NCBI GenBank assembly: GCA_965219995.1
Contig: CBDCOX010000002.1
Location: 1,920,001 to 1,984,000, forward strand
Reading direction: 5' to 3'
Source of the DNA: Candidatus Latescibacterota bacterium
GTDB taxonomy: Bacteria > Latescibacterota > UBA2968 > GCA-2709665
DNA: 64,000 bases
In this document: positions 29,504 through 41,458 of the stretch, piece after piece
Layout of the letters: the number at the start of each line of letters is the position of its first letter
How positions within the stretch are numbered: the first letter of the stretch is position 1
Notes under the pieces: model-generated
What the model was told of the DNA's origin: nothing
Seen by the model: the letters and a program-made list of their open reading frames with translations, nothing else
Database searches by the model: none
Translations under genes and position numbers: made by a program

Positions 29504-30681
29504 GATTCGCGCGCCGCCGGGTGAAGGGGCTGTTCGTCGCGGTGATCACGACTGCCTCCGTCGTGCATGGAAGCGAATACGAAACCGGTGTCTCCGAAGA
29601 GAGGATTGTCTTCGGACAGTCCGCGGCATTCACCGGACCCGCAGCACAACTCGGCACCGACATGAAACGCGGCATCGAAGCGGCATTTCACGAGATCAAT
29701 CGGCGCGGAGGCGTCCACGGCCGGCGGTTGGAACTTATATCCCGTGATGACGCATACGAGCCGGAAGCAGCCATAGCCAACACCCTTTATCTCATTGAAG
29801 AGGCACGGGTTTTCGCGCTCATAGGCGCCGTGGGTACGCCGACGTCGCGTTCCGCGACCCCGGTCGCAGCCGAGGCCGACATTCCCTATATCGCGCCGTT
29901 TACAGGCGCGGCGTTTCTCCGCAAAGCCAGGTGGAACAACGTAATCAATCTGAGGGCGTCGTACGACCAGGAGACGGAGGAGATGGTCGCTCGCCTGACC
30001 GGCGATCTCGGTATCAAACGTATTGCGGTCCTGTACCAGGACGATTCCTTCGGCAGGGCCGGTTACCACGGCGCGCGTCGTGCCCTCGAACGGCGCGAAA
30101 TGGAAGCCGTGGCCGTGGGGTTGTATCCGCGCAATACCACGGCAGTGAAAACGGCATTGCTCGACCTTCGCATGGCAACTCCCGAAGCCGTGATCCTGGT
30201 GGGTGCGTACGAACCGGTCGCGACCTTTATCGCATGGGCGCGGCACATCGGCTGGGATCCTGTTTTCATTACGATCTCTTTCGTGGGCAGCAATGCGCTT
30301 GCCAGGCAGTTGGGCCCCGCCGGTGCCGGAGTCTACGTCACACAGGTCGTGCCGTTTCCGGATGACGACTACTTCCCTGTCGCCACCGCCTACCGTCGAG
30401 CGCTTTCGGCCTTCGAGCCCGCTGCGGCTCCGGGGTTCGTCTCGTTCGAAGGGTACCTGGCCGGTCGCCTCGCAATCGCGGCCCTCCAGCGCTGTGGCGA
30501 AGAGGTAAAACGGGCGACTTTTCTCAACAGTCTTCGCAGCACCAGAATTGTCGATATCGACGGATTCAAACTGCAATACGGCAGCGAGGACAACCAGGGG
30601 TCGGATGCCGTATTCCTCACCATGATCGGTCGCGACGGCCGCTACTATCCAATCGACAGGCTCCAGGAAGCGGCGCCGTGA
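29500..30681 (+). CDS. Periplasmic PBP1/LivJ-like ligand-binding protein
   Basis: FGQSAAFTGP, DDAYEP, GTPT, RASYDQE, SFEGY; start and stop overlap both neighbours. Confidence 0.9.
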   Translation: MRFARRRVKGLFVAVITTASVVHGSEYETGVSEERIVFGQSAAFTGPAAQLGTDMKRGIEAAFHEINRRGGVHGRRLELISRDDAYEPEAAIANTLYLIEEARVFALIGAVGTPTSRSATPVAAEADIPYIAPFTGAAFLRKARWNNVINLRASYDQETEEMVARLTGDLGIKRIAVLYQDDSFGRAGYHGARRALERREMEAVAVGLYPRNTTAVKTALLDLRMATPEAVILVGAYEPVATFIAWARHIGWDPVFITISFVGSNALARQLGPAGAGVYVTQVVPFPDDDYFPVATAYRRALSAFEPAAAPGFVSFEGYLAGRLAIAALQRCGEEVKRATFLNSLRSTRIVDIDGFKLQYGSEDNQGSDAVFLTMIGRDGRYYPIDRLQEAAP

Positions 30682-32879
30682 TCCCTAAACTGAAACAGCT
30701 GCTCAAAGGCCGGTTCCGCATTGCAACACAGCTCTATCTGGGAATCGGGGGCGCGGTCGCCATCACGATGGTCGCGAGCCTGGTCGGGTGGTTCTCATTC
30801 GATCTTGTCGGCGACATCCAGAACCGCGTGAACGAGGGCAGCGTCCCGGAAATGGCCGCCGCGTTCGGCGTCGCCCAGCAGAGCGGCACGCTGGTCGCGG
30901 CGGCGCCCCGTTTGACCGCGGCCGCTACGGTGGGCGATTTCGTTCGGGTCAAGGCGGATATCGCCGCAGAGCGCAGGGCCTTCGAATCACAGTTGGCGGC
31001 TCTGATGCAAAGGGACACCAGGCAGGAAGACGAAGAACGATTCAGCCGAATTCACAGCTATGCCGCCGCGCTGATGTCCAATATCGACGCGATTGAGCGG
31101 GAGGTCGCCGAGTTGTTCGAGGTCAGTGCGCGCAGCGAGGAACTGCGCGGGGAGCTGTCCGTTCTCCGGTCCAAATTGTTCGACATGCTCATCCCGGCCA
31201 TCGACGATCAACTGTTCTACGCGATGACAGGCTATCGTACGATCGGCCAGCCGCCCGTGCCGCGCGAGCGCCATTTTTCAGATGAGGAGTTCGACCGGTA
31301 CCGCCATCTGGCCGATTTAAAGGCCGATGCCACCATTGCAACGCAACTCCTGTCGAGTTCATTCAACCTGTCGGACGCGCTCCTGCTGGAGCCACTGCGG
31401 GAGCGCTTCGAGGCCGCCGCCGGGCGCATCGAGCGCAGCCTTTCGGCACTGGGCACATCTCCGTGGCGCGACCAGATCGCCCCGCACCTGAAGTGGCTCT
31501 TCGAACTGGGTCTGGGCGAAAAGGGCGGGTTCGACCTGATCGTACGTGAGTTCGAACTCACCGACCGGCAGCGGAATCTTCTCCAGGACAACCTGAGCCT
31601 CGAAATCAAACTCGGCGCGGAAGTAGAGGGTCTCGTCAGCGCCGCCCGCGAACGTACGCGAGATGCCACGCGGGCATCCACACAGGCGATCGGAACCGGC
31701 CGAAGCGTTTTGCTGGGACTGAACGTGGTCAGCATCACCGGCGCCCTGCTGATCGCGTGGCTTTTCGTCGGCCGCGTACTATTGCGCCGTCTTGAACGGC
31801 TGTCGAACAGAATGCAGGGGATGGCCGAGGGCGACCTGGAAGCCAAAGTCGAAATCAGCGGGCACGATGAAGTCGCGGATATGGCGGCGGCCCTGGAGGT
31901 ATTCCGGCGGCATGCTCTTGAAGTCCAACGCCTGAACCTCGTTGAAAAACTCGCAGAGGAATTACGTGAGAAAAACGAACAGCTTGAAGCCGTGCTGGAG
32001 GACCTGAAGAAGGCACAGGACCAGATCGTAATGCGCGAAAAGCTGGCTGCGCTCGGTGAACTGACCGCCGGGGTGGCACACGAAATCAAGAACCCGCTGA
32101 ACTTCGTCAAGAACTTCTCCGAGGTCTCCCAGGAACTTCTGGAGGAACTTGGAGAGGAACTCCAGGACACGCTTAGCGGCGATGGCGGCGAACTCGACGA
32201 AGAAGGGCGCGAACTCGTCCAGGAAATATGCCAGGACCTCAATGACAACCTCGCGCGCATCCGTGAACACGGCGAGCGGGCCAACCGTATTGTCCAGGAC
32301 ATGCTTTCAATGGGCCGGGGTTCGGCTCAGCGACAGGCCACAAATATCAACAACCTGCTCGACGAACACGCCCGGCTCGCATACCACAGCGCAAGGGCGA
32401 GTGACACCGAATTTCAGCTTGATATCAAACAGGATCTGGACCCTTCCGTTGGTGACGTCGAGGTTGTACCTCAGGACCTTGGCCGTGTCTTCCTGAACAT
32501 GGTAAGCAACGCCTGCCATGCAACCGACGAGAGACGACGCGCCGTCGTTGCGTCGGAAGACAATGAGGGGTCTTACATGCCCACGTTGTGGTTGACGACC
32601 CGACGTGAACCGGAACATCTGGTCGTGAGCATCCGCGACAATGGTACCGGGATGCCGCCGCATGTCGTCGAAAAGATCTTCAACCCGTTTTTCACCACGA
32701 AGCCGACAGATCAGGGTACCGGGCTCGGTCTTGCACTTTCCAATGACATCGTGCGTGAGCATGGCGGCAGCATCCGGGTCGAAACCGAACCCGGCGAATA
32801 TACCGAGATGATTGTTGAGATTCCCCTCGAAGCGCCCGCGTTGGTGGCGACGGAGTCCACCGTTGAGGATTCGCCCTGA
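30678..32879 (+). CDS. HAMP sensor histidine kinase with a large TorS-like helical periplasmic domain
   Basis: Two TM helices, HAMP (GDL..DEVADMA), AHEIKNPL H-box, N, G1, F and G2 boxes. Confidence 0.92.
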   Translation: MIPKLKQLLKGRFRIATQLYLGIGGAVAITMVASLVGWFSFDLVGDIQNRVNEGSVPEMAAAFGVAQQSGTLVAAAPRLTAAATVGDFVRVKADIAAERRAFESQLAALMQRDTRQEDEERFSRIHSYAAALMSNIDAIEREVAELFEVSARSEELRGELSVLRSKLFDMLIPAIDDQLFYAMTGYRTIGQPPVPRERHFSDEEFDRYRHLADLKADATIATQLLSSSFNLSDALLLEPLRERFEAAAGRIERSLSALGTSPWRDQIAPHLKWLFELGLGEKGGFDLIVREFELTDRQRNLLQDNLSLEIKLGAEVEGLVSAARERTRDATRASTQAIGTGRSVLLGLNVVSITGALLIAWLFVGRVLLRRLERLSNRMQGMAEGDLEAKVEISGHDEVADMAAALEVFRRHALEVQRLNLVEKLAEELREKNEQLEAVLEDLKKAQDQIVMREKLAALGELTAGVAHEIKNPLNFVKNFSEVSQELLEELGEELQDTLSGDGGELDEEGRELVQEICQDLNDNLARIREHGERANRIVQDMLSMGRGSAQRQATNINNLLDEHARLAYHSARASDTEFQLDIKQDLDPSVGDVEVVPQDLGRVFLNMVSNACHATDERRRAVVASEDNEGSYMPTLWLTTRREPEHLVVSIRDNGTGMPPHVVEKIFNPFFTTKPTDQGTGLGLALSNDIVREHGGSIRVETEPGEYTEMIVEIPLEAPALVATESTVEDSP

Positions 32880-33082
32880 TGTCGTTGTGCAAAACGTCCG
32901 CCGCCTATCGCCCGGCCACTAAGGGCCACCGATTCTTTTCCATTTCGCACGGCAGAGTCCGTGCTCTTCGCCGTCGTCACTCGCGTGGCAAAGCCTTCGG
33001 GCCGGCCGTTGCGTAATATTGACGTCTCAATTCGGGCCGGTACGCTGCTTCCCATGCACAGAGAAAACGGGACTCGGCCGAA

Positions 33083-34597
33083 ATGCCATTGAATTTCCGC
33101 AATTTGCCGGTGTTGATATTCGCCGTGTGCCTGCCGTGGGGTTGCGGCGGCGACCATACGATGGCGCCGTCGGCCTCCCGGGTAGAGGAACACACGGTAC
33201 GGTCGCTTGGCAAACTGGCTGCCGGAGACGTTACGACGCGGGCCATCGTGTTGGCAACCGTGAAGCAGGACGGTTTACCATTGGGTGGTGTCACTGTCGC
33301 ATTGTCTCGTTCGGTTTCCGGGCGGACACCGGACGTCACGTTTTCCGACACGACGGACGCGAATGGACGAGTGCGCGTGGATGTTCACCTTGCCGCGGGA
33401 GGCTATTATTCGGCCCGCGCGACCCGTGCGGGCAGCCCGCTGGGTTCCTGGTTCAGCATTCCGATCAACGGCGGACAGAAAGTAACGGTCGAACTGCCGG
33501 TCGGCGAGACAGCCCGGGTAACCGACACGTCCAACCTGGCTCCGGGGCGCCTTCCGGCGACGATTCGGGTCGGAGTCGTTCTCCCCCTGACGGGTGACGG
33601 CAGGTCCGTCGGCCTATTCGTACGTAACGGAATGGCACTTGCCCGAGAAGAGGTCAACCGGTTTGAATTCGGGAATTCGACGCTTGAGTTCATCGTTGAA
33701 GACAGTGAGAGCGTTCCGGACGTCGCTGCAGAAGCATTCGAAAAGCTGATTCACGAGGACGACGTTTCAGTAATTCTGGGACCGGGCTACTCCTCGTCGG
33801 CTGCCGTAGCATTCCCGATTGCCCAGCAAAACAACGTCGTGGCGTTCAGCCCGACCGCGGCAGCCGCGGGATTGGGGGCCATTGGCGACTTCGTGTTCAG
33901 GGTCCCCGCACCCGTGAGCCGGATCGCTCAAAGCACGCTTGCTGTCGCAACGACGATACTGAAATTAACCAGCGTTGCCGTCATCTACGACAGCACGGAC
34001 GTTTTCTCACAAAGCGGTTACGAGGAAACCGCAAAGGCGCTTGACGAATTGGGCGTAGAGACGCTTGCAGCCGAGGCGTTCGCAACCGGACAGACCGATT
34101 TTTCCGCAGCTCTGAGCCGAATCAACGTCTTGAAGCCCGACGTCATTCTCGTCTGGACCCGGCCGATGCAAAGGGTGACGATTCCGGTGCAGGGACGCCA
34201 ACTTGGGATTCCTTACGAAATACCATTCCTCGTTTTCGGCTTCGCTTCGAGCCAGATCGAACCGGCGGGCGCCGCGGCAGAAGGGTTGATAACGGGGACG
34301 TTTTGGTCGCGTTCTATAGAAACGCCGGAAAACCGCGCATTTATCGAGAACTACCGCCATAAATTCGGCGGCGAACCCGATCTGTTCGCGGCGGAGGGAT
34401 ATGTCTGTGTGCGCATTCTGGCGGCCGCGATTGCAGCGGCCGGATCCTTAACGTCTGAATCCGTCAGGGATGCGCTGGCCGCCATCGAAATGCCGACCAT
34501 TGTGGGGCCATTCGCTTTCGACGAGAATGGTGATCCAACCTATCCGGCGGTCCTGCAGGTGGTCAGGGGCGGCAGATTCGAAACGCTTGGGAATTGA
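33083..34597 (+). CDS. Lipoprotein: conserved N-terminal beta-domain plus LivJ-type binding domain (paralog of 2785..4305)
   Basis: Lipobox PWGC; IRVGVVLPLTG, VILGP, AFPIAQQNNVVAFS, GPFAFDENGD. Confidence 0.88.
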   Translation: MPLNFRNLPVLIFAVCLPWGCGGDHTMAPSASRVEEHTVRSLGKLAAGDVTTRAIVLATVKQDGLPLGGVTVALSRSVSGRTPDVTFSDTTDANGRVRVDVHLAAGGYYSARATRAGSPLGSWFSIPINGGQKVTVELPVGETARVTDTSNLAPGRLPATIRVGVVLPLTGDGRSVGLFVRNGMALAREEVNRFEFGNSTLEFIVEDSESVPDVAAEAFEKLIHEDDVSVILGPGYSSSAAVAFPIAQQNNVVAFSPTAAAAGLGAIGDFVFRVPAPVSRIAQSTLAVATTILKLTSVAVIYDSTDVFSQSGYEETAKALDELGVETLAAEAFATGQTDFSAALSRINVLKPDVILVWTRPMQRVTIPVQGRQLGIPYEIPFLVFGFASSQIEPAGAAAEGLITGTFWSRSIETPENRAFIENYRHKFGGEPDLFAAEGYVCVRILAAAIAAAGSLTSESVRDALAAIEMPTIVGPFAFDENGDPTYPAVLQVVRGGRFETLGN

Positions 34598-34686
34598 TCG
34601 CACGTCGCCGCGTTGCCGAAACCGGCGAAGATTTCCATTGATACCGACAACACAAACCGCAACTTGGGAATTTTCAGGTTGTCACC

Positions 34687-36120
34687 ATGGATTTCGACAC
34701 CTACGCTCTGGATCCGGAGTTTTACGACGAGATGTTTCTTCCGGACGGTCGTCCCAGGGAGCATTGCCGCCCGCTGTTCGAAGCGCTGAACGATCTCTCC
34801 AGTGAAGATCTTTCGAGCATCCAGGAACGGGTAACGCGATCTTTTTCAAACGAGGGGATCACGTTTACCGTATACGGCGACGAGGAAGCCACGGAACGCA
34901 TCATTCCGGTCGACTGCCTGCCACGGGTCTTATCGGGCGCCGAATGGCGACAACTCGTCAGCGGACTAACCCAGCGCCTCGCAGCCCTCAATCGATTTCT
35001 CCAGGACATATATAACGACGCGCGGATTATAGAAGACGGCGTGATCCCGGCGGATATGGTTAAGGGTTGTCCGCAGTACCGCGTGGAGATGCGCGGCGTT
35101 TCTCCGCCCCATGGCGCTTGGGTTTCCATCTGTGGAACCGATCTCGTACGCACAAACGACGGCTTTCTGGTCCTTGAAGACAACCTGCGCGTACCCTCGG
35201 GTGTTTCGTATATGGTCGCGAATCGTAAGGCGGTGAAGGCAAGCCTGCGCCGCCTTTACAGACGTTCGCGCGTGCAGGACGTGGAACACTACGGCAGGTT
35301 GCTGCGCGAAATCCTCGTCGAGCTCGCCCCGGGGGGACGGTCCGAACCCTGCATCGTGTTGTTGACGCCCGGCGTCTACAATTCGGCTTTTTACGAACAC
35401 ATGTTTCTCGCCCGCGAGATCGGTGCTGCGCTTGTCGAGGGACGGGACCTCCTCGTCAACGACGGTTTTGTTTACATGCGCACCACCACCGGTCTCCGGC
35501 GGGTCGACGTGGTCTACAGGCGCGTCGACGACGACTTTCTCGATCCCCTCGTGTTTCGCGAGGATTCCCTTCTTGGCGTACCCGGCTTGCTGCACGCCTA
35601 CAAACTCGGCAACGTGACCCTTGTGAACGCGCCCGGAACAGGCGTGGCCGACGACAAGAGCGTATATGCCTACGTTCCGGACATCATACGCTACTACATG
35701 GGAGAAGAACCCATTCTGGCCAGCGTCGAGACTTACCTGTGCCGCCGGCCGGAACAGCTTCAATACACGCTGGACAATCTTGAGAACCTCGTTGTAAAAC
35801 GTGTTGGCGAATCAGGGGGTTACGGCATGCTGATTGGGCCCCATTCCACGCCGAAGGAACGCGAGGATTACGCCAGGGAGTTGCGCGCCGACCCCGCCGA
35901 CTTTATCTCCCAGCCGGTTCTGTCGCTTTCCCGCTCCCCGTGTCTGGTGGACGGCCGGTTCGAACCGCGGCATGTTGACCTGCGTCCGTTTGTGCTCCAC
36001 GGACAGGAGACACGCATCGTTCCTGGCGCATTTTGCCGGGTTGCCCTGCGACGGGGCAGCATCGTCGTGAACTCCAGTCAGGGGGGAGGCGGGAAGGATC
36101 TCTGGGTCCTGGAAAACTGA
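34687..36120 (+). CDS. Circularly permuted type 2 ATP-grasp protein (DUF404)
   Basis: GITFTVY, LEDNLRVPSGVSY, YNSAFYEH, YRRVDDDFLDP, ADDK, SGGYG, HVDLRPF, VNSSQGGGGKD. Confidence 0.93.
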   Translation: MDFDTYALDPEFYDEMFLPDGRPREHCRPLFEALNDLSSEDLSSIQERVTRSFSNEGITFTVYGDEEATERIIPVDCLPRVLSGAEWRQLVSGLTQRLAALNRFLQDIYNDARIIEDGVIPADMVKGCPQYRVEMRGVSPPHGAWVSICGTDLVRTNDGFLVLEDNLRVPSGVSYMVANRKAVKASLRRLYRRSRVQDVEHYGRLLREILVELAPGGRSEPCIVLLTPGVYNSAFYEHMFLAREIGAALVEGRDLLVNDGFVYMRTTTGLRRVDVVYRRVDDDFLDPLVFREDSLLGVPGLLHAYKLGNVTLVNAPGTGVADDKSVYAYVPDIIRYYMGEEPILASVETYLCRRPEQLQYTLDNLENLVVKRVGESGGYGMLIGPHSTPKEREDYARELRADPADFISQPVLSLSRSPCLVDGRFEPRHVDLRPFVLHGQETRIVPGAFCRVALRRGSIVVNSSQGGGGKDLWVLEN

Positions 36121-36196
36121 AGAGATTGATTCGGAAGACGTTGGACAGGTTAACCACGTATTTTGCCATTGTGGCGAAACCACGAAAGGAGAGGGT

Positions 36197-37582
36197 ATGA
36201 GAAGTTTCACGAAAGTACCGTTTCACAAACGCATCGGCGGTTCACTGGCAAGAAACGTCCTGCTGATGCTTGGCTGTCTGCTGTGCGGGACCACCGCCGC
36301 CTATGCAGCCGTCAGCCAGGAGACGATGTTCGTCTTCAACACCTTCGCGTTTCTGATCTGGGGTGCGCTCATTATGTGGATGTGCGCCGGGTTCACGATG
36401 CTCGAGTCCGGTTCGGTACGCACCAAGAACGCCTCCATGATCTGCATGAAGAACATCGGCCTTTACTCGATCGCCGGACTCGCCTATTACTTCCTGGGTT
36501 ACAACCTCATGTACACGGACGTCGGGAAGTTCATCGGCACATTTACACTCCTCTACGGCCCTTCCGCCGCCGACATCGCCCTGGTGGGCGGGCAGGAGTC
36601 GGCAAAGGCCAAGGTCATCGCGAACAAATACGCCACAATGTCCGACTGGTTCTTCCAGATGGTTTTTGTCGCTACGGCCGCCTCGATTGTATCGGGGGCG
36701 CTGGCGGAGCGGGTTAAGATGTGGTCGTTCTTTCTGTTCACGCTGGCCCTGACGGCTGTCATCTACCCCATTGTGGGCGCCTGGACATGGGGAGGCGGGT
36801 GGCTGAGCGCAATGGGATTCAAGGACTTCGCCGGTTCGACCATTGTCCACAGCACCGGTGGCTGGGCGGCGCTCGCGGGTGTCCTGGTTGTCGGCCCGCG
36901 ATTGGGGAAATTCCGAAGGGACGGTACCGTCAAGGCGACACCCCCGTCCAATATCCTCGTAGTGACACTCGGCGTGTTCATCCTGTGGTTCGGCTGGCTG
37001 GGGTTTAACGGCGGGTCGCAGCTGGCACTGGGCAGCGCCGCCGATGCGGTGGCGATGAGCCATGTCCTGGTCAACACGAATCTTGCTGCGGCGGCCGGCG
37101 TGGTCGTTGCCCTCATCGTCTCGAGACCGATCCTTGGCCGCATGGACCTGTTCGCAAGCCTGAACGGCGCGATTGCCGGGCTGGTCTCGATTACCGCCGG
37201 CCCCGACATCGTCCAGCATTACTGGGCCGTCATTATCGGCGGCGTGGGCGCGGTCATCTGCACGGTCGGTATCCGGCTGCTGGAGAAGCTGAAAATCGAC
37301 GACGTCGTCGGCGCGGTACCCGCCCACCTGTTCGCGGGTGTCTGGGGAACGCTCGCGGTCTGCATCGCCGCGGGCGGCAACTTCGGCGTTCAACTCCTGG
37401 GCTGCGTGGCCGTTGGCGTGTTCGTATTCTCGATCTCGTGGGTACTGTGGCGACTGCTTGCAGCGACCCTGAGCGTCCGCGTGTCCGACAAAGTCGAGCG
37501 ACTGGGCCAGGACGTTGGGGAACTCGGAATGGAAGCGTATCCCGAATTCGTGCTTACACCCGAAGAAGCCGATGAGGATTGA
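36197..37582 (+). CDS. amt: Ammonium transporter
   Basis: GFTMLESG, FFQMVF, SGALAER, DFAGSTIVH, GPRLG, WFGWLGFNGGS, DDVVGAVPAH (twin His intact). Confidence 0.95.
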   Translation: MRSFTKVPFHKRIGGSLARNVLLMLGCLLCGTTAAYAAVSQETMFVFNTFAFLIWGALIMWMCAGFTMLESGSVRTKNASMICMKNIGLYSIAGLAYYFLGYNLMYTDVGKFIGTFTLLYGPSAADIALVGGQESAKAKVIANKYATMSDWFFQMVFVATAASIVSGALAERVKMWSFFLFTLALTAVIYPIVGAWTWGGGWLSAMGFKDFAGSTIVHSTGGWAALAGVLVVGPRLGKFRRDGTVKATPPSNILVVTLGVFILWFGWLGFNGGSQLALGSAADAVAMSHVLVNTNLAAAAGVVVALIVSRPILGRMDLFASLNGAIAGLVSITAGPDIVQHYWAVIIGGVGAVICTVGIRLLEKLKIDDVVGAVPAHLFAGVWGTLAVCIAAGGNFGVQLLGCVAVGVFVFSISWVLWRLLAATLSVRVSDKVERLGQDVGELGMEAYPEFVLTPEEADED

Positions 37583-38565
37583 TGGCAACGAGTCACGGAA
37601 ATCCCAGGCTTCTCTCACGCAGCGCGCAGGGCCTTTACTGGATGGGCCGCTACCTGGAACGCGCGGAACACCTCTGCCGCCTGCTGCGATTTCAGGCCGA
37701 AGCACTGGTGGATCGGCCCATCCGGGAGATCTACTTCGGCTGGAGTCGAATCTACATGAGCTTGAATCGACGTCCACCCGGCGGCAGCATCACAATGGTA
37801 GGAAGCGACGATTTCACGCTGGCGGATTCCTACACGCTGGCCGACGATCTCACGTTCGAACGCACAAATCCCGACTCCGTCTGGAACTGTTTCTCGCTCG
37901 GCCGAGAAAACGCGCGGCAGATGCGTCACTGCATCAGCGGGGAAATGTGGACATGTCTGAACCTCGCGTATCTGCGGCTCCGGAAACTCGGTATTCGGGA
38001 AATCTGGAAGCCCTCTCCGGAGAGTTTTTATGCTGAAACTGCCGGCGACATCAACACGTTTGCCGGCGTGGCGGAAGCAACGATGTATCGCGACGAGGGA
38101 TGGCATTTTCTACGACTGGGCAGGCATATCGAGCGCGCCCAATGTTCGGCTTCGTTGTTTCTTTCCCAACTCTCAGTAGACAAACTGATGGACGAGTCCT
38201 CCGACGCGGACTGGACGAACCTCCTGCACGTCAGCCAGGCGTCTGATGCGTACAGCCGAAATTACAGCGTCGACGTCCAGCCGCGTCGGGTCCTCGACCT
38301 TCTCGTTACAGACCCTTTGCTACACGGCTCTCTCTGCTACTCTCTCGACGCCGTGGCCGCGGAACTCGGCGCCATCGGTCCGGGTTCCGACGAACAGTCC
38401 AGTGCAGCAGCCCTTCGCATGGCCAGGCGTATGTGCGCGCTGATCCATTACGATTGGCCCGACCGTGAAGACCGGGAGGTCCTCCTCGGGGACCTCATGG
38501 GATACTGCCGGGAACTTCACGGCCTGGTTTCCGCCGCCTACATCGATTACGCCGTTGTCGATTGA
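37579..38565 (+). CDS. Alpha-E domain protein (DUF403)
   Basis: LLSR...LYWMGRYLERAE, RENAR, SGEMW, LGRHIERA. Confidence 0.92.
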   Translation: MMATSHGNPRLLSRSAQGLYWMGRYLERAEHLCRLLRFQAEALVDRPIREIYFGWSRIYMSLNRRPPGGSITMVGSDDFTLADSYTLADDLTFERTNPDSVWNCFSLGRENARQMRHCISGEMWTCLNLAYLRLRKLGIREIWKPSPESFYAETAGDINTFAGVAEATMYRDEGWHFLRLGRHIERAQCSASLFLSQLSVDKLMDESSDADWTNLLHVSQASDAYSRNYSVDVQPRRVLDLLVTDPLLHGSLCYSLDAVAAELGAIGPGSDEQSSAAALRMARRMCALIHYDWPDREDREVLLGDLMGYCRELHGLVSAAYIDYAVVD

Positions 38566-39458
38566 ATCCCCGGTGTGCCGATACCGTGTCCGGATCCGTC
38601 CAGTACGAAATCAGGCACGTCTCACGCTACCATTACGCACTCCCCGCTCGGGAGTGTGTTATGGTGCTTTGCCTGCAACCGCTCGACAACGGGGGACAGC
38701 GCCTCATCCGTTTTGAAATCGAAACGGCACCCCACGGCTCCCTCAGCGCGGAAAAGGATCCCTTCGGCAATACGCGGCACGTTCTCAATGTCCATCCGGA
38801 ACACCGGGCGCTGGAGATTGCTGCTCAGTCCACCGTGAGTCCGGCGCGCTTCAGTCCGCTGCCAACCGGACTTGGAACCGGTGCGTGGAAGGAAATCGAC
38901 GCCTGGAGGGACTCGTTTCTTCATTGGGACTTTACGCAGCCAAGTGCGATGGCGACTCCATCTTCCGCGCTCTCCGATTTCACGAGGAAAAATGGCATCG
39001 CGCGCGGGAGCGACCCGCTCGCGGACCTGACCCGGCTATCCGAATCGCTGCACAATGTGTTTCAATACACGCCGGGAAGCACGTCCGCCGCTTCATCAAT
39101 CGACGAAATCCTGAGCACGGGCCAGGGAGTCTGCCAGGACTACGCCCACGTCATGATCGCGGTTGCCCGCTCCTGGGGCGTTCCCGCCCGCTACGTCTCT
39201 GGCTATCTCTACGTTCCCGGTTCGCCGGAAGGCCAGGCCTGGAGCAACGCCTCGCACGCCTGGGTGGAATGCCTGCTGCCGAGACTGGGCTGGGTGGGCT
39301 TCGATCCCACAAACCGGAGTCTCTCCGACGAACGACACATCCGGATCGCGACCGGACGCGATTATCTGGATGTCTCGCCCACCCGCGGCGTGCGCCAGGG
39401 CGGCGGCGAGACGCAGCTTGAAGTCGACGTCCGGATGCGTCCGCGGACCAACCTGTAA
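38562..39458 (+). CDS. Transglutaminase-like protein
   Basis: H.SRY.Y N-domain, DPFGN, GVCQDYAH, ARYVSGY, SHAW, GFDPTN, GRDY.DV.P. Confidence 0.93.
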   Translation: MNPRCADTVSGSVQYEIRHVSRYHYALPARECVMVLCLQPLDNGGQRLIRFEIETAPHGSLSAEKDPFGNTRHVLNVHPEHRALEIAAQSTVSPARFSPLPTGLGTGAWKEIDAWRDSFLHWDFTQPSAMATPSSALSDFTRKNGIARGSDPLADLTRLSESLHNVFQYTPGSTSAASSIDEILSTGQGVCQDYAHVMIAVARSWGVPARYVSGYLYVPGSPEGQAWSNASHAWVECLLPRLGWVGFDPTNRSLSDERHIRIATGRDYLDVSPTRGVRQGGGETQLEVDVRMRPRTNL

Positions 39459-39466
39459 TTCCATCC

Positions 39467-39495
39467 TTGACAGAGTTCTCTTAACCGTTTAACTT
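39467..39495 (+). promoter_or_regulatory. Sigma70-type promoter for the thiC leader
   Basis: TTGACA-17 nt-TAACTT. Confidence 0.55.
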
Positions 39496-39506
39496 GTACT
39501 CTGAGA

Positions 39507-41423
<1,917 letters not shown>

Positions 41424-41458
41424 TACACGGCAGCGGGTCGGATTTCGTCCGGGATTCA

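Noticed and set aside
36242-37777. 511-aa minus-strand ORF
   Set aside because: Antisense to a clearly conserved amt gene; no motifs.
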